A stretch of DNA of 63,398 nt, filler included, from Globobulimina sp. (GCA_003354225.1; 52 parts of 52 records of this genome joined end to end with filler, not necessarily neighbours in it), one strand, 5' to 3'. Positions 24,632-38,685 are shown, counted from the whole stretch's first letter. The notes: generated by a model not told the origin, from the letters alone. Made by a program: numbers and translations.

Positions 24632-25559
24632 TTGTGTGATGGTTTATTAAGGAGTGCGTGGAATGGAACAGCGTTAAAATTACCGTTTGATGGTTCACGA
24701 GATCATGAATTTATTGCATGCTATCCAACTAAGAAAAAAGTATGCTATTTTATTTAGTTTACATTCCAAATTTATGCTAGTTTTATTTGTTTACAATCCA
24801 TTTTTTTTATGTATAGAATAAGAGAGATAAGAGAGATGTAGAACGAATGGAAGGTGTGCGTTCTATTGGTGATAATAATATTGTCAGTATTGAGAGAAGT
24901 CCTTCGTCTCCTGACAGTGTAGATGAATTTAGAAATGTTGGTGAAAATAAAGCTCTATTTATGGTCCCTATGTCTGGGCATTGTTTATGTAACTCATTTT
25001 TAAATTGTTTACAAACATTAAATATTGATGATGTGACAAGTTGGGATTATACTCATTTAGAGACTGAATTAGAGCGTTTGGTTTATGCATATAAATCTGG
25101 TAATGATCCGTTAAATTTATCAGCTGATATTAAAGAGAATATTGTGGTCTGTTTAAATGAATTATCTATCTTGGAAATTACTGGTGATTGGTCGAACGCA
25201 GGCGTAGTTTTGGACGCAAGCGTTATTTTACTTCAACAACGTTTCCGTGTTGGAATCATGCTTACGGATTTTATTGGGACAGAATTGGTTGTATCTCGTG
25301 TCTCTTTAATTAGACCAGATAATGCCGCTGGTGAAGCATGTTTGCATTATAACAATTATCATTATAATTCATGGTTAAATCCATCAAAAGTGAAGGAAAC
25401 ATGTCTTTGCACATGGAGTGTTAACAGGACCTCATTCCACCGATACAAGAGTCGTTAGATGTGCTGGAAATCGTTGCCGGAAATCAGTGAAACATATTGG
25501 TTGTCTATCAAGGCATTATCAAGAGAATCTAGTTTCATTTTATTATCGAATCAATCATG
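24632..25559 (+). mobile_element. Spliced ORF: pogo-like transposase C-terminal motif, OTU-like cysteine protease and frameshifted PHD-like finger
   Basis: Exon RSAWNGTALKLPFDGSRD; intron 24740-24816; VPMSGHCLCNSF..W..LHYNNYHYNS (OTU Cys/His); CLC then +1 frame VRCAGNRCRKSVKHIGCL. Confidence 0.5.
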
Positions 25560-25659
25560 NNNNNNNNNNNNNNNNNNNNNNNNNNNNNNNNNNNNNNNNN
25601 NNNTTAATTAATTAANNNNNNNNNNNNNNNNNNNNNNNNNNNNNNNNNNNNNNNNNNNN

Positions 25660-26076
25660 GATATCTTTATTATTCATATCAATTTTGACAGATTCCGGTG
25701 ATATATCCAAATGAATAATGTTGTTTTCATGCAACACATTTACAGCAACTAATAACTGGCCAATCCACGACCTAATGATAAATTCATTCATTATAATATT
25801 TTTATTGTTATCTTTTAATAAAATATCCCATAATGAATATGTATGTTTATGTGCATTATTATCACTATTTATTCCCTCAAATAATACACCATAAAATGAT
25901 AAACCATCCGAACCTTGAATTATTTTTGGAATTATTAACTTATTCTTATTATATGTTAAAACCGAAGATATCCCATTTATATTCTCCATTATATCTCTTT
26001 TCTTTAATAATAATATATTTTCTAATTTTTTGCCATTTAATGATAACAAATGATTGATAAATTGATTAATTTCCAT
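25660..26076 (-). CDS. Protein kinase-like fragment (divergent catalytic loop HLDISPES)
   Basis: IRSWIGQLLVAVNVLHENNIIHLDISPESVKI corresponds to subdomains VIa-VIb. The N-lobe is not recognisable. Confidence 0.65.
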
Positions 26077-26209
26077 ATATTTTAATCGTAATTGCTTTTG
26101 TTTTATACCTTCAATGTCAGCGTTATTTAATTCTGATCAAATTTGTTGTAAATTTGTTACCGGTTTGTTAGGTTTGTTAGGTTTGTTAGGTATACAAATA
26201 TGAAATAAT

Positions 26210-26668
26210 TTAACTTCGTTTTTTTTTTCTTTGTGGATTTGGATCGATTTGATGGCGTTTTCGTTTTCTAAGTGGATGTTGCGAATATACACCATTTACT
26301 AATTGGAGCTGTTTATTATTATTTATGTTGTTGTTGTTTTGTTTGTTATCCATAATGTCATCAATATCATCATCCTCCTCCTCATCAGATGTATCACTGT
26401 CATCATCAGACGTATCACTGTCATGATTGTCATGATTGTCGTTGTTGTTTTCCGTGTTGATGTAAAATTGGAGAATTAAATTATTATCTCCTACGACATT
26501 GTTGTTACCAACGACATTGTTATAACCTGTGACATTGTGATGGCCATTGACATTGTTATCACCGATGATATTGTACTCGCCGAGTAAATTGTTGTCGCCC
26601 ACAGTATTATGTTCACCCACAGCATTGATAGTCGCTACAACATTCGGAGAAGGTAACAAACTGCCCAT
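26210..26668 (-). CDS. Small protein with G-x-N/H-N-x-V hexapeptide repeats, acidic tract and C-terminal NLS-like motif
   Basis: About eight 6-aa repeats (GEHNTV GDNNLL GEYNII GDNNVN GHHNVT GYNNVV GNNNVV GDNNLI); RKRKR..RKKKRS. Confidence 0.55.
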   Translation of the reverse strand: MGSLLPSPNVVATINAVGEHNTVGDNNLLGEYNIIGDNNVNGHHNVTGYNNVVGNNNVVGDNNLILQFYINTENNNDNHDNHDSDTSDDDSDTSDEEEDDDIDDIMDNKQNNNNINNNKQLQLVNGVYSQHPLRKRKRHQIDPNPQRKKKRS

Positions 26669-26880
26669 GTTCGATGATAATATAGCAAATTAGAAAACCG
26701 TATCAAACAATGCCTAAACATATTGCAAATATAGCGGGAGGCGCGTTTAATATGATCAATACGGTGATTGGCGGAGGTATNNNNNNNNNNNNNNNNNNNN
26801 NNNNNNNNNNNNNNNNNNNNNNNNTTAATTAATTAANNNNNNNNNNNNNNNNNNNNNNNNNNNNNNNNNNNNNNNNNNNN

Positions 26881-27914
26881 AAATTCGCATGTCCTTTGGC
26901 CCGACAGTTCCTTTCCTTTGTATAATACGCCAACTTTTTATCCGTAAACAACTTAAAATACCTCTTCTTGAACTTGCTGCTCTTATTCCCGCCGCCTCTC
27001 TTCTTCATCCACCCCTGTTTTATCACAACGTGCGTCTCTCTTCTTTCATCGCCACAGTCACACTTTTTGCCATCATCCATCATTTTATGTTTGTTCTCAT
27101 CAAAAATCTGCGCTTGCGTTTTCGAAAACGCTTCGAAACTCTGAAAATATGACTTGATCGACGACAGCAACTCCGTCTGCTGCACGCTTTGCATCTTTCG
27201 CACCGATAATATGAAGTCGTTGCGCGCCAACTGCAACTCGTTCAATTTGTTGATGGATTTCTCGTCGAACGTGTCCTCATTCTCGTTCTTGACCACCATG
27301 TCGTACTGACCCTTGGTATTCTTCAACTTCAACTTCAATTTCTGGCACTTTTCAAACTCTTTCTTGTTGAACGCGTGCAGCGGTTTGATGAGCTCGTCCT
27401 CCATTTCCATCAAATAAATCTCGTAGCACTCCTCCAGACTCTTGATGGTCTGCCCGATGTTGTTGAGGAAGAGAGAAAACTTATCGGTCTTGGCGTGCTG
27501 GTTGAACTGCGCTGCGATCGTACTGTTGAATAGTTTGTTGATCTGAGCGTAGTTATTTTGCGCCAAGTACAAGTTGCGGACAATTTCCTCGATCTCGAAG
27601 GACCAATGCTTGCCTTCTTTCAACTGCAATTTGGACAATGTGATCTCTTCCGGCTCGTCGGTGACCGGCGTCCGTGTGATGGCGAGCGTGGCTTTGAGGC
27701 CATACCGCAGGATTTTGCTGCGTCTCTTGATCAAATGCCTGGATCTGTGGTTTGGAGGAACGTAACTTGTGTTGCCCATTCCTTTCATTTCCTTGTTGTT
27801 TTTGACGATTATTTCTCTGGCTTTGTAGCCTATGAATGGGATGTCTGTGATGTCTTCGTTTTTGGCTAATTTTAAGAGATTGGAGCGGTATTTGTCCATA
27901 GCTTCGTTGTCCAA
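26881..27914 (-). CDS. BAR-like coiled-coil plus PH domain protein, partial
   Basis: LIKPLHAF..K...K..YD BAR-type helices, followed by VIKQGWMKKRGG..FKKRYFKL..KLAYY (PH). Confidence 0.8.
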
Positions 27915-29322
27915 TCTTCCATGTAATTCTGAGTTGCTCCTCTACCTCTTCTCGCTTTTTGCGCGCACCATCCAGGATATCATGTGAAACGAGAAGACAT
28001 GNNNNNNNNNNNNNNNNNNNNNNNNNNNNNNNNNNNNNNNNNNNNTTAATTAATTAANNNNNNNNNNNNNNNNNNNNNNNNNNNNNNNNNNNNNNNNNNN
28101 NTAGACACTCACTATTTCTGTCATTGTCATTTTCATATCCACTTCGCTGATATGTTTGTTCAGATTCGTACTCACACAATTGTGGATAAATCCGCAGTGG
28201 ATCACATCCAAAAAATGAAATATAAATCATTCTTTGCGCTCGCATATTCAATACACACACAAACTATTATTGCTTTCACACTAAATTTTATCCTTTAAAT
28301 ATCCAATCAAATCATGACTAAAATGAAACTTTCTGCACGTGCAAATAATCGTCACTCAAACTGTGCAAGAAATGAGTCATTGATTCAAATGTTTTCTATG
28401 TCTGTGTACTGAGATTCATCGTTTTGTGCACGGCATAAATACACGAAAATAAGTCGTTTAATATTGACACACTGTCCCAGTAAGAGCTGCACTGTTCCTC
28501 GAATATGACCGCCGTATTCTGTGTACTCTGTGGATTTGCTGTGACTCGATGACGTTTGATCGTTTATTTGAGGGAATGGTGTGAATGTCGCGGTCTGTTT
28601 CGTCGCAATTTTTGCTCCAGTAGTGCTGTAATGACTAGATTGTTTTGTCTCTGTTATGTATGAATCCGTTCTGTGTTTCAATTTAGACAGTACGATTTAT
28701 GCGATTGCGTGCATTGTATATCATCCATTGCGTTCCTGAGTTTCAATGGGTTTGGATAATTCCGAATCACAGACGAGAGATGCATGACTTGTATTGAAGG
28801 GTATTTGTTTAGTGTTTCCGTGAACGCTAAAAGTTTGGTAGCTATCATACAGGTACAAGTTGAAGACAACTGAAAAACTGAAACTCCTTTTCTAAATCTC
28901 GAGCCAGCATTTCTTTATCTGTTTCTGGTTTCAAAAGATTCAAGTCATTCAAATCATTTACTAATCGTTTCCACTCTCCCAAACCCAGATGCACCAATGC
29001 AGCCATCATAGCTTGGCGGTCACTTGGCATCACATATACCAACAACCCAAAGTCAAGGGGATTCCGCCGTATCCTTTTTCTTCGCCAGCCACTGCTTGAC
29101 CAGTAGATTCGCTATAATTGTCTCTGCAATAGCCATGTTCTCATCAGAGACGATTTCTTCTCGTAATCGAATAATTTCGTTATTTATCCCATCTATGGCT
29201 TGTTGGATATTTTGAGGGCTTTNNNNNNNNNNNNNNNNNNNNNNNNNNNNNNNNNNNNNNNNNNNNTTAATTAATTAANNNNNNNNNNNNNNNNNNNNNN
29301 NNNNNNNNNNNNNNNNNNNNNN

Positions 29323-30443
29323 GACAAGGAAATGAAAGCCAATTCAGATGACGATGAAGAAGAAACGCATTCGGATGAAATGAAAGTAGATGATGATGAT
29401 AATAATAATATTAATCAAGTGGATGATGACGAAGATGATGATTTGGTATTAAACAAATTGCGAAATAAATTTATGCCAAAAGCAAAACCAGATATTGTTT
29501 ATGATGATATTTGCAATACGGATAACAATAAAAATAAAACTAATCCGATTCCAATGCAAATTGCGCAAAAACAACAAGAAAAGGAAGACGATGCAATGCA
29601 AACAATGCAAACAATACAACCGCACTCACCGTCACAAGCTATTAATAAAAGATTAAGTTTTAGTTTTTCATCGCCAATGACTTATAATAACAATATAAAT
29701 GTAAATGTAAATATGCAATGTCCAGCGTCCCCCAATTTCAACAAAAGTTATCTACGATCCATTGGTACACAAACCGAACATATCCAATGTGAGATTGGTA
29801 TACAAACTGAAGTAAGGGATGGCGAACAATCTCAATATATGAATAACACACAACAGCATATAACTATTACCTCCAATCGTGTCCAATATATTCGTATTGA
29901 AGAGGATAAACCAGAAATAACACAAATAACGTCGTTGTATCATCAATATCCAATGATTGGGCCATATGCTTTTAATAAATTTCAGAGTGGACAAGAATGG
30001 CAATGCGGTAATAATAAATGTACAAATACCGGTAATCTAATAAATAGCTATTGGATATCTACAAAAGTTGGTAATAAATTCTGTTTATGTCATTTATGTG
30101 CCACTGTCACTGCCACACAAAAACAAGAAAATAATATACCACAATTACAATCATTATCGTTAAATATTGAAAAAACAAAAAAAATCATAAATACTCGCAG
30201 TCGAACGCGCTTAAAAAGGAAATATAATGAAACAATGTGCTGTAATAAGGATGATAATGATAACGACGATGAAGAAGATGAAAATAATAATAATATTCGA
30301 AAAAGGCGGAGAATGAATGAGAAAAGAATTAAATATCAGAAAAAAGATCTAGTTTGGACAGAATATAATGGTACGAATGAACCAGGCATTATAATAAATT
30401 GCCACTACGATGAGAATGAAAGATTTTATCCATTAAAATATGA
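29323..30443 (+). CDS. Low-complexity nuclear protein with Cys cluster and possible PWWP/Tudor-like start
   Basis: WQCGNNKC..FCLCHLC; RKRRR; YQKKDLVWTEYNG..EPGII. Confidence 0.6.
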
Positions 30444-32359
30444 NNNNNNNNNNNNNNNNNNNNNNNNNNNNNNNNNNNNNNNNNNNNTTAATTAATTAAN
30501 NNNNNNNNNNNNNNNNNNNNNNNNNNNNNNNNNNNNNNNNNNNAAGTGACTGACTGAAAGAGTTTTTGTTTTTTTGTGTTGTGAATTCTTCTTTCTTTTT
30601 ACCATCATGCACGTATGTGGTTGCATCCCATTCTTTTATTTTGTTGTTATTGCTATAAACCCATATTCCCTGCCCCACAATTAAAAACGTACTGTTTCCG
30701 ATTCGTGCGTGTATTTTGTGTTTGTTGGGACATATTTGTTTATAATTAGCTGGAAGCAATTCCAATGATGAGATATACATGTAATTGTTGTAAATATTAG
30801 ATATAAACAAATAAATATCGATCTCCGAAAGTATCCTGAAAAGGTATCAATAGCCTTTTATATTAATACAAAATGTAATTCAGAATAGTAAATAAAAATT
30901 CTGAACATAAAATTTCAGATTTGTTGTGTTATTAGTTATTTGGTGATAGAATATTTCATGGAGTTTATACATGTGGTGGGAATTAGTTAGTTGGTCCATT
31001 TTTTATATAATTATTACGTATTAATTTGTATATATTATTATGCATATTGATTATAAACGAAATGGAGTGTTGCAATTTGAGTTTAATATGCATCAGTTTC
31101 AGCGCAGCAAATGTTGGAAAAATAAACACCCGAATACTGTTGTTGTGCGGTGTACGATCGACTAAAAATAGTCGATTTGGTGAATTTGGTGTTGGACACT
31201 CAAAAAAATTAAAAGAATTAAGGCCATCAAAATGGTGTAAAACATCTCAATTAAAGACGTTTATAATGGCTATCATTAATTTATTGTTTTTCTAAATGCA
31301 TCGATCTCAGATTGGAATCAAACATTATGTCTGTTAATATGGTATATGATGTATGCAGTAGAAATATGGGATCGATTATTATACAAATATTATGTTCGAC
31401 ACATTATTCTTTCTGTTGCATTTTGTATTGGAAATAACAATAATTTACATTGATAATATTATTCATTTAAATAGTTCATTTTGTAAGTATTATTTAAGGA
31501 ATTAAAAGTGTTTCTGTTTTGAATTTGCTTTGTTGTAAATTAGTGTGTTTTGTTTTCAAATCCTTGTAAATTTGCGTATACTACATTTATACAGAATGTA
31601 CACATATTTTCGACATTTATTTGGACATATTTTATGGACATCGATAACTATATCAAAAAAAAGTNNNNNNNNNNNNNNNNNNNNNNNNNNNNNNNNNNNN
31701 NNNNNNNNTTAATTAATTAANNNNNNNNNNNNNNNNNNNNNNNNNNNNNNNNNNNNNNNNNNNNCGTTTTTGCGGATAAATATCAATATCAATTACATAG
31801 TCGCAATGATGATAATAATTTATCAAATAAAAAAATAAAATTAATTAAAAATATACGTCTGATAAAATATTTTAATTTTTCATTGCCACAATTAATATTA
31901 CAAACATTTGTATTCGTATCTTTTGAACACTACCACAGTCATTTTAGATTCACACAATATTTAATTTCTGCTATTTCTTCATTGTTTATGTTTACTCATT
32001 CAATTGCATCCATTGTTAAACATAAATAATGTTTGCGCCCATTTTTTTCCACATTCTTTTTTCCCGCGTACTGCATTGTTACTTTCTAAATAATGCTTTT
32101 GTTCGGTGTTTTGAATTAAAAACGACTTTTTTGGATTTCATTTGTTTTGTTTTGTTTTTTATTGAAATCCAATTTGTCACTGATTTTAAATTGTTAATGA
32201 AAATAATTGCATGACATGACTGGCTGACAAAAATATATCGGGCTTTTTTTGACGACTCACTTCAAAGAAGTTTTCGTTTCCAAGATTCCAAAACTAGTCA
32301 TCCAACAATATAACATTAACCACACTAAAATTAATTTAGTCCTCACACATCCTTACAAT

Positions 32360-32885
32360 ATGACAGCCAAACGTATCAAGTCTGCAATTCTCCTCATTAT
32401 ATCCGTACAATTAGCATCATCTCTCATTTGTAAGTCTTATATTTGATTTGCTTTGCATTTTAAACAACGGACTATTTTAATTTTATACAGCAACACCCGA
32501 ATGTGTTGAAACTTATTTTAATGGGTATTGGGACCAAGTTGATTTCAATGGGTATTGGGACGAAACTGGCACTTATAACAATAATCCATATTACACTTTA
32601 AATGGAAATTATTTATTCCTGTCCGCGACCTACAATTCATGGACAATATCACCTCAATTAACTGAGACAGGCAATGTGAATGTACTCTGTTTAGAATCGA
32701 ATATCTTATCATGTTCATCAAATTGGTATTACATCGACGTACTGTCAAAGAGTTGGGCTTTTGACGCTGATGCAGTCGTAGCAGATTGCACCGATATCGT
32801 ATCAGTCGAAGCGGAGCCAATGGAGACGTCGACAACAGTGCCTCCTGAATGTGTGGCAATAAAATCATTACAACATTCCATAGAT
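32360..32885 (+). CDS. Secreted Cys/aromatic-rich repeat-domain protein, 5' part
   Basis: Signal-peptide exon, intron 32430-32490 (GTAAGT..ACAG), then PECV..NGYW..GTYNNNPYY..YLF..W.I..C..C..NW. A second PECV starts at the contig end. Confidence 0.75.
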
Positions 32886-32985
32886 NNNNNNNNNNNNNNN
32901 NNNNNNNNNNNNNNNNNNNNNNNNNNNNNTTAATTAATTAANNNNNNNNNNNNNNNNNNNNNNNNNNNNNNNNNNNNNNNNNNNN

Positions 32986-34106
32986 TATCTCATTTTATTT
33001 ATTTGATACGGTTCACTTTGCGACATATTTACCATTGGACGGAACACTTTGTATTGGAATGATATCGAATGTTGTTGTTTGGATGAAAATATTATGTACC
33101 ATCTCTCGAATAAATCATCTTTTAACAATGCTTTAAATAATTCCATCGATTCATAGTTAATATTATCTAAAATAGACGCAGCCAAATCATCATCATTACT
33201 TTTTTCATCCTCTTCTGAATCAAGCACAAATACATTATTTTCTTTCATATTTTTGTTGATTTGCTTAATTTGCGCAATATAATTGTTATTTTGCTCAACA
33301 ATGCTTTTCATTTTGGTCTCATATTCAATTATCATGCCTTTCCTATCTAATTCTAACTGTGCTGCTTGATTTGTATACGTCAGATTAATTTGAGATAGTT
33401 TCATTTTGTAATCCTGCTCAGCCGTTGATTGTTGTTGCAATAATTCTTGCTCATATTTTTTCTGTTGTTCTTGTCTCATTTTCTTTGCCTTTTCCGTTTG
33501 TTGTTGTATGATAGTTTGTTGTTGTATGATATCAAAATCTTTCAGTTTTAGCTGTTTTTCATTTTCTATCTGTTTTCTTTGCAAAGCTTCCAACTCAACA
33601 TTATGTATCGAATCTTCTTTCATTTTTTCATTTGTCGCCTGTTGCAACTGATTATTGATAATTTTATATTTTTCATTGACTGTATCCAAGTTTTGTTTGT
33701 GCACATTTTGTAATTCACTCAATTTCATTTTGTGTTTTATTTCAGAATCGTGGATTTTTTGCTCATTTTCTTTTTCATTTTGCTTTTGATCATTAATGAC
33801 ACGAATTACACGTTGCTCCAACAGCTTCTTTTCTTTTTGGAGCAATTTTATTTGCTGTTGATACTGTAATGTTTCTTGTTTCTCTCTTTCTTCGTCGATA
33901 TCCATATCCAATGCTAAATGATCCGTTCTATATATATTAAAACACAAAAACAATCGATATATTCGATAAACAACAAAACAAAAACAATATATATATATAT
34001 TAAATAATAACTTATTCTCTGCAGAGACACTGTTTTCGTCCTTATTTTCATGTATAACTCCATGCGTTTTATCGGATGGTGTTGCATTATCCAAATGTGC
34101 TGTGTT
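32986..34106 (-). CDS. Coiled-coil protein fragment with an 84-nt stop-free intron
   Basis: Q/E/K-rich heptads. The AT-rich GTTATT..ATAG segment at 33928-34011 explains the spurious hydrophobic stretch in the ORF. Confidence 0.7.
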
Positions 34107-34239
34107 NNNNNNNNNNNNNNNNNNNNNNNNNNNNNNNNNNNNNNNNNNNNTTAATTAATTAANNNNNNNNNNNNNNNNNNNNNNNNNNNNNNNNNNNNNN
34201 NNNNNNCACATCGGGTCATCCACCAATTTAAAAGGTTAT

Positions 34240-35327
34240 GTGTTTAACTTATCTTACTTAATATTTCCAAATCCATTCCAAGAGGACCAGCAGCCACAGG
34301 AACCGCAACAAGAACAAAAACAAGAACAAAAACAACAACCAGTACAGGAAGAAGCTATTGGAATTATTGAAAATAAAGTGAATGATAATGATGGTGGATA
34401 TGATGGATTTGACGCACAACCGTCGCGACCGCTAATTACTATGCCATTGCCGCCACAAAATAAAAATAAGTTAATTATACCACCAGCCGCATTGATTGAA
34501 GATTCCTCGACCTCGCCTGCACACTCACTATCTGCATTGAATGAAGAAGAAAAAATGGATGCATTGGACGTGGATGGTGAACAATTGTATGACGAGAAAA
34601 AAATAAGTGACAATTCGATGGATGATAATGTAATTTTGAGTGCATTTAATGACGATAATAATGATAATAATAAGAATGATGATATTCAATGGTCGACGGC
34701 AAATATAAAAATGTTATTTTCCACACAAGAAATGACGGTAAGATTTAAGCCATCACACATCATAAAACTATGGAAACGCTTTTTTATTAAAAATGAGAAA
34801 CAGTTAATATTAAATGATGCGAATCCAAAGAATCAATTAAAAGACATTGTGTCGCAATTATTTGAATTAAATTTGTACGATCCCTATTTTGTAGAAACCA
34901 TGAATGAGATTGAAAATATTAGTCATGACTTAAAGTTCAAATATTCCTTGCAACCAAATGCACGAATAAATGCGCCAAATGTATTAAATAATTACTGTTC
35001 AAATTGGATAAAAGAATGTTGCCAAACCTCTACGGATAAAATACAAAGCAAAGCAAATATACAAATACAATTATTAGACAAATGTATGCCACATTCAAAT
35101 GAAAACATGGAATATAAATCACAATATTTGGACTGTGCAGTGTATGAGAAAGAGATTTTGGTGGAAAGTGACAGTTATTTTAGACCGGAAGTAATCATTA
35201 ATTATCATAGCATCTATGATTGCATCACTTGGAAGAATCAAGCAAATATATCACCGCATTCAATGCAAGAATATGTTGCAAACGAATTAAAATTACAAAA
35301 TATGATTAAAACTGATGAGAAACAAGA
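34240..35327 (+). CDS. Hypothetical protein, partial
   Basis: Long open frame, low-complexity N-terminal part. Confidence 0.6.
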
Positions 35328-35428
35328 NNNNNNNNNNNNNNNNNNNNNNNNNNNNNNNNNNNNNNNNNNNNTTAATTAATTAANNNNNNNNNNNNNNNNN
35401 NNNNNNNNNNNNNNNNNNNNNNNNNNNT

Positions 35429-36548
35429 ATTTCATTTAAGGGGGATTGGACCAAAACAATTGAACAGTTGCGTGATAATATCCATATGCATACAAATAGA
35501 AATATCTGCGATGTGAGATACCCAGTACGCAGTGTAGAGTATGGCTCGGGTGTTGATGTTGTTATTTCTGAGAGGAAAATTTACAATAAAGCCAGGAAAT
35601 GGATAGGAAATAAGAATTCAGACAAACAGGGCGCATTATCACTATGTAAATTGAAATATAATCATCGACGATGCGCGTTTTTAACTAAAAAGGAATTAAA
35701 TAAACAAAGAAATGAAAGTGAGAATGCTTTAAAAATATTATTTGCTCGGGAATGTTGTTTGAGAATAATTCGATCCATTACCAAATCAAAAGATTTAACC
35801 GTATTATTTTCAGAAATTTCCAAAAATATATTAGATTCAGATAATTATAATAAAATAAATAACAATTCGTTATTTGGTCCATCCAATATTAATGTGTTTA
35901 CGTTGATACTATCGTATATTATCAGCGATGTACATTCAACGAATGTCTTTTCAGCGATAAAATCAATACAAAAGCTGGTAACCCATGAATTTAATGAATT
36001 AATCCTTTATGGCAAGTATGGTAAATGGAAATCAATTGTTTTTATTGGTAATCAGTTATATAAATTATTTGAAGATAATGTGATAATTGCTTTTGATTAT
36101 TATGTGATAAATGGAAATAAAGAAAATAATAAAGACATTATTGATTCATTAAATATATTGAATGTATGCTTCCGTATCTTATTTTTATCGGTGAAGAAAG
36201 CCTTCAATAATGATTTGGGCAAAGCTGCATTAATACCAATTATAGATCCTATGATTGTAACGTGGTTATTTGAAATTATGTTTGTGTTAAACAATGAAAA
36301 GAATATTAAATTGAATTTAATCAAAGTGTTGTTGAACATAATTAAATTATGTATGCCAGCCACAAATTGGATATTAGATAAATTAAAAAAATTGCTACAA
36401 TTAAGCAAAAAAGAAGACGAGAAAAAAGATAGAAATTCAAAAGAATATGCGAGTTGTTTGCCATGTTTGGTTGATTTGTATTTATTAGTTCGAGAAAATA
36501 CAATCAAACAAATAAAAGATATCGATGACGAAAAAGATGATGAAAAAA
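35429..36548 (+). CDS. Hypothetical alpha-helical protein, partial
   Basis: Open across the contig. Confidence 0.65.
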
Positions 36549-38685
36549 NNNNNNNNNNNNNNNNNNNNNNNNNNNNNNNNNNNNNNNNNNNNTTAATTAA
36601 TTAANNNNNNNNNNNNNNNNNNNNNNNNNNNNNNNNNNNNNNNNNNNNCGATGCTGCGGATAATATGGACTGGGGTTCGATGAATATACACAGAACAAAA
36701 AATTGGCAAATTGGTTTGAACTGGTAATGGTTTTACGTTAAGTTTAGGTGATAAAGAATGATAATATGAATATTAAAAAATTGGCGGCCAAGCTTTTGGG
36801 CGGAAAAGTATATGGACAAAGAACACGTTTTATTTATTATTATACGGAAACTTATGGAAACGTTATCGCGGAGCAATATTTGTATAAAGTTATGGAAAAA
36901 TGGTTTTTTGAAAGGGAATGCATGAGTGGAATTGATTAAGATTTAAAATATGATTAAGTATGGATATAAAGAGCGATAAAATGGAATAATTCGTATGTTG
37001 ATATCCATCTCATAGCAGTTTGTCTAATGAAAAATATGGGTGTTTCTTGAACTTTAGATATGTCGCGAAATTATTGCCTACCTTGCGAATGTAATTCTTG
37101 TTGGACATTATCCAAAATATCTCCAAGAAATAAATTCTGTTCTTTGTCAATATTTTCATGCATTTTCCGAACAAATGTAAACCTGTAAATGAATCCATTT
37201 TTGCTTGAAATCCGGCATTTGCGCCATGAATTGTTATAAGTTTATAATCTTTATCTTTATCCCAATATTGTACCATGTGATGTAAAATGTACTGATAGTT
37301 TGATGAGCCAACATGTAAAATGTTGCATAATTGCTGGACTGGACACTGTGAATTCGAATATGATTTGATATTGAAATCAATAGCTATTCTGCTATTGTAT
37401 CATAAATATTTATTTCAGAATATATTGCATTATTCTGCGAAATAATATAATTGCATTCACAAACACACTCAACATCGAGGTATAATACTTGCCATTCTTC
37501 GTCATCATATGGAAAAGTAGTAAGGACAATATAATATAAACTATTTGGAACAAGTGACGATGTCCTGATAATCTTCCACGGGCCGTCGTAGTCACATTGA
37601 TAACGTTTTGTTGAGCAAAAAAACAGTTTTTTCGTTTCTCTCACACGAATTTTTGTATACATTTTGAGAGTTAAATTGATATTAATACTAAATCTGTGAC
37701 TTGATGCATAAATAAAATATCACGTTTGCTACAAAAATATAGACAAACATACTATTAATGTATACAAAANNNNNNNNNNNNNNNNNNNNNNNNNNNNNNN
37801 NNNNNNNNNNNNNTTAATTAATTAANNNNNNNNNNNNNNNNNNNNNNNNNNNNNNNNNNNNNNNNNNNNTTGATTCAAAGATTGCCTGCAACTGTCAAGA
37901 TAATAATAATTTTAATTATTATAACAAAATCATATTTGCGTTGGCTGATGCATTTATGGAAAATAATAACAGCATCAATAATTTATTGATATCAAATGGA
38001 TATCAGTCACATCGTGGAGTTCGTGGATCCAGTCGACATGTTTCAGGTATTTAATAAGATTAAACTTTTGATTGTTTGCATCAATAATGAATATAATCTT
38101 AAAAACTCGCATTTTTTATTTTAGTTTTTTTAATTATGTGAATTGAATAACTTATATATGTATAAAATATAGACGTACGATATGACCCATTCGGATGTCC
38201 TTATTATCAAAAAAGAAATCCTCACAGTTCAAATTCTTTATGCTCAAATGTTAAAAATATTACATCCGTATATACTGTATATAAAAATACCTGACTGACA
38301 ACATCAAAAATACAGCATTGTATTTATGTTTCTGTCCTTATATAATGGTTCAAATATAAAACAGAGTGTAGATGTACAGTATGTTTATTATGTTATGTTG
38401 TTATTTTTATCATCATGTTTTTGTTTTTTGTACTGAACAGTACGTCATTATATATCACATCTTATATGTTGTATTTTGTAGTGTCTTCTTGTGCGTCAAA
38501 GTGCTATGTTTTAATTCAATTCTAACTTATTACGGTTCACTCTCGCACAATCGCCTCATATTTTTTATTTGATTTTATGATTCCTACATGACTCTGAAAA
38601 CGAATGCTAGCTCAAAACGCAAATAAAGTAATAAACACAAGATGAAATTAAAGCAACTCAATAATTATATAACACGAAGTATACA

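Noticed and set aside
26162..26190. Telomere-like (GGTTTGTTA)3
   Set aside because: Only three copies, internal, and not seen elsewhere.
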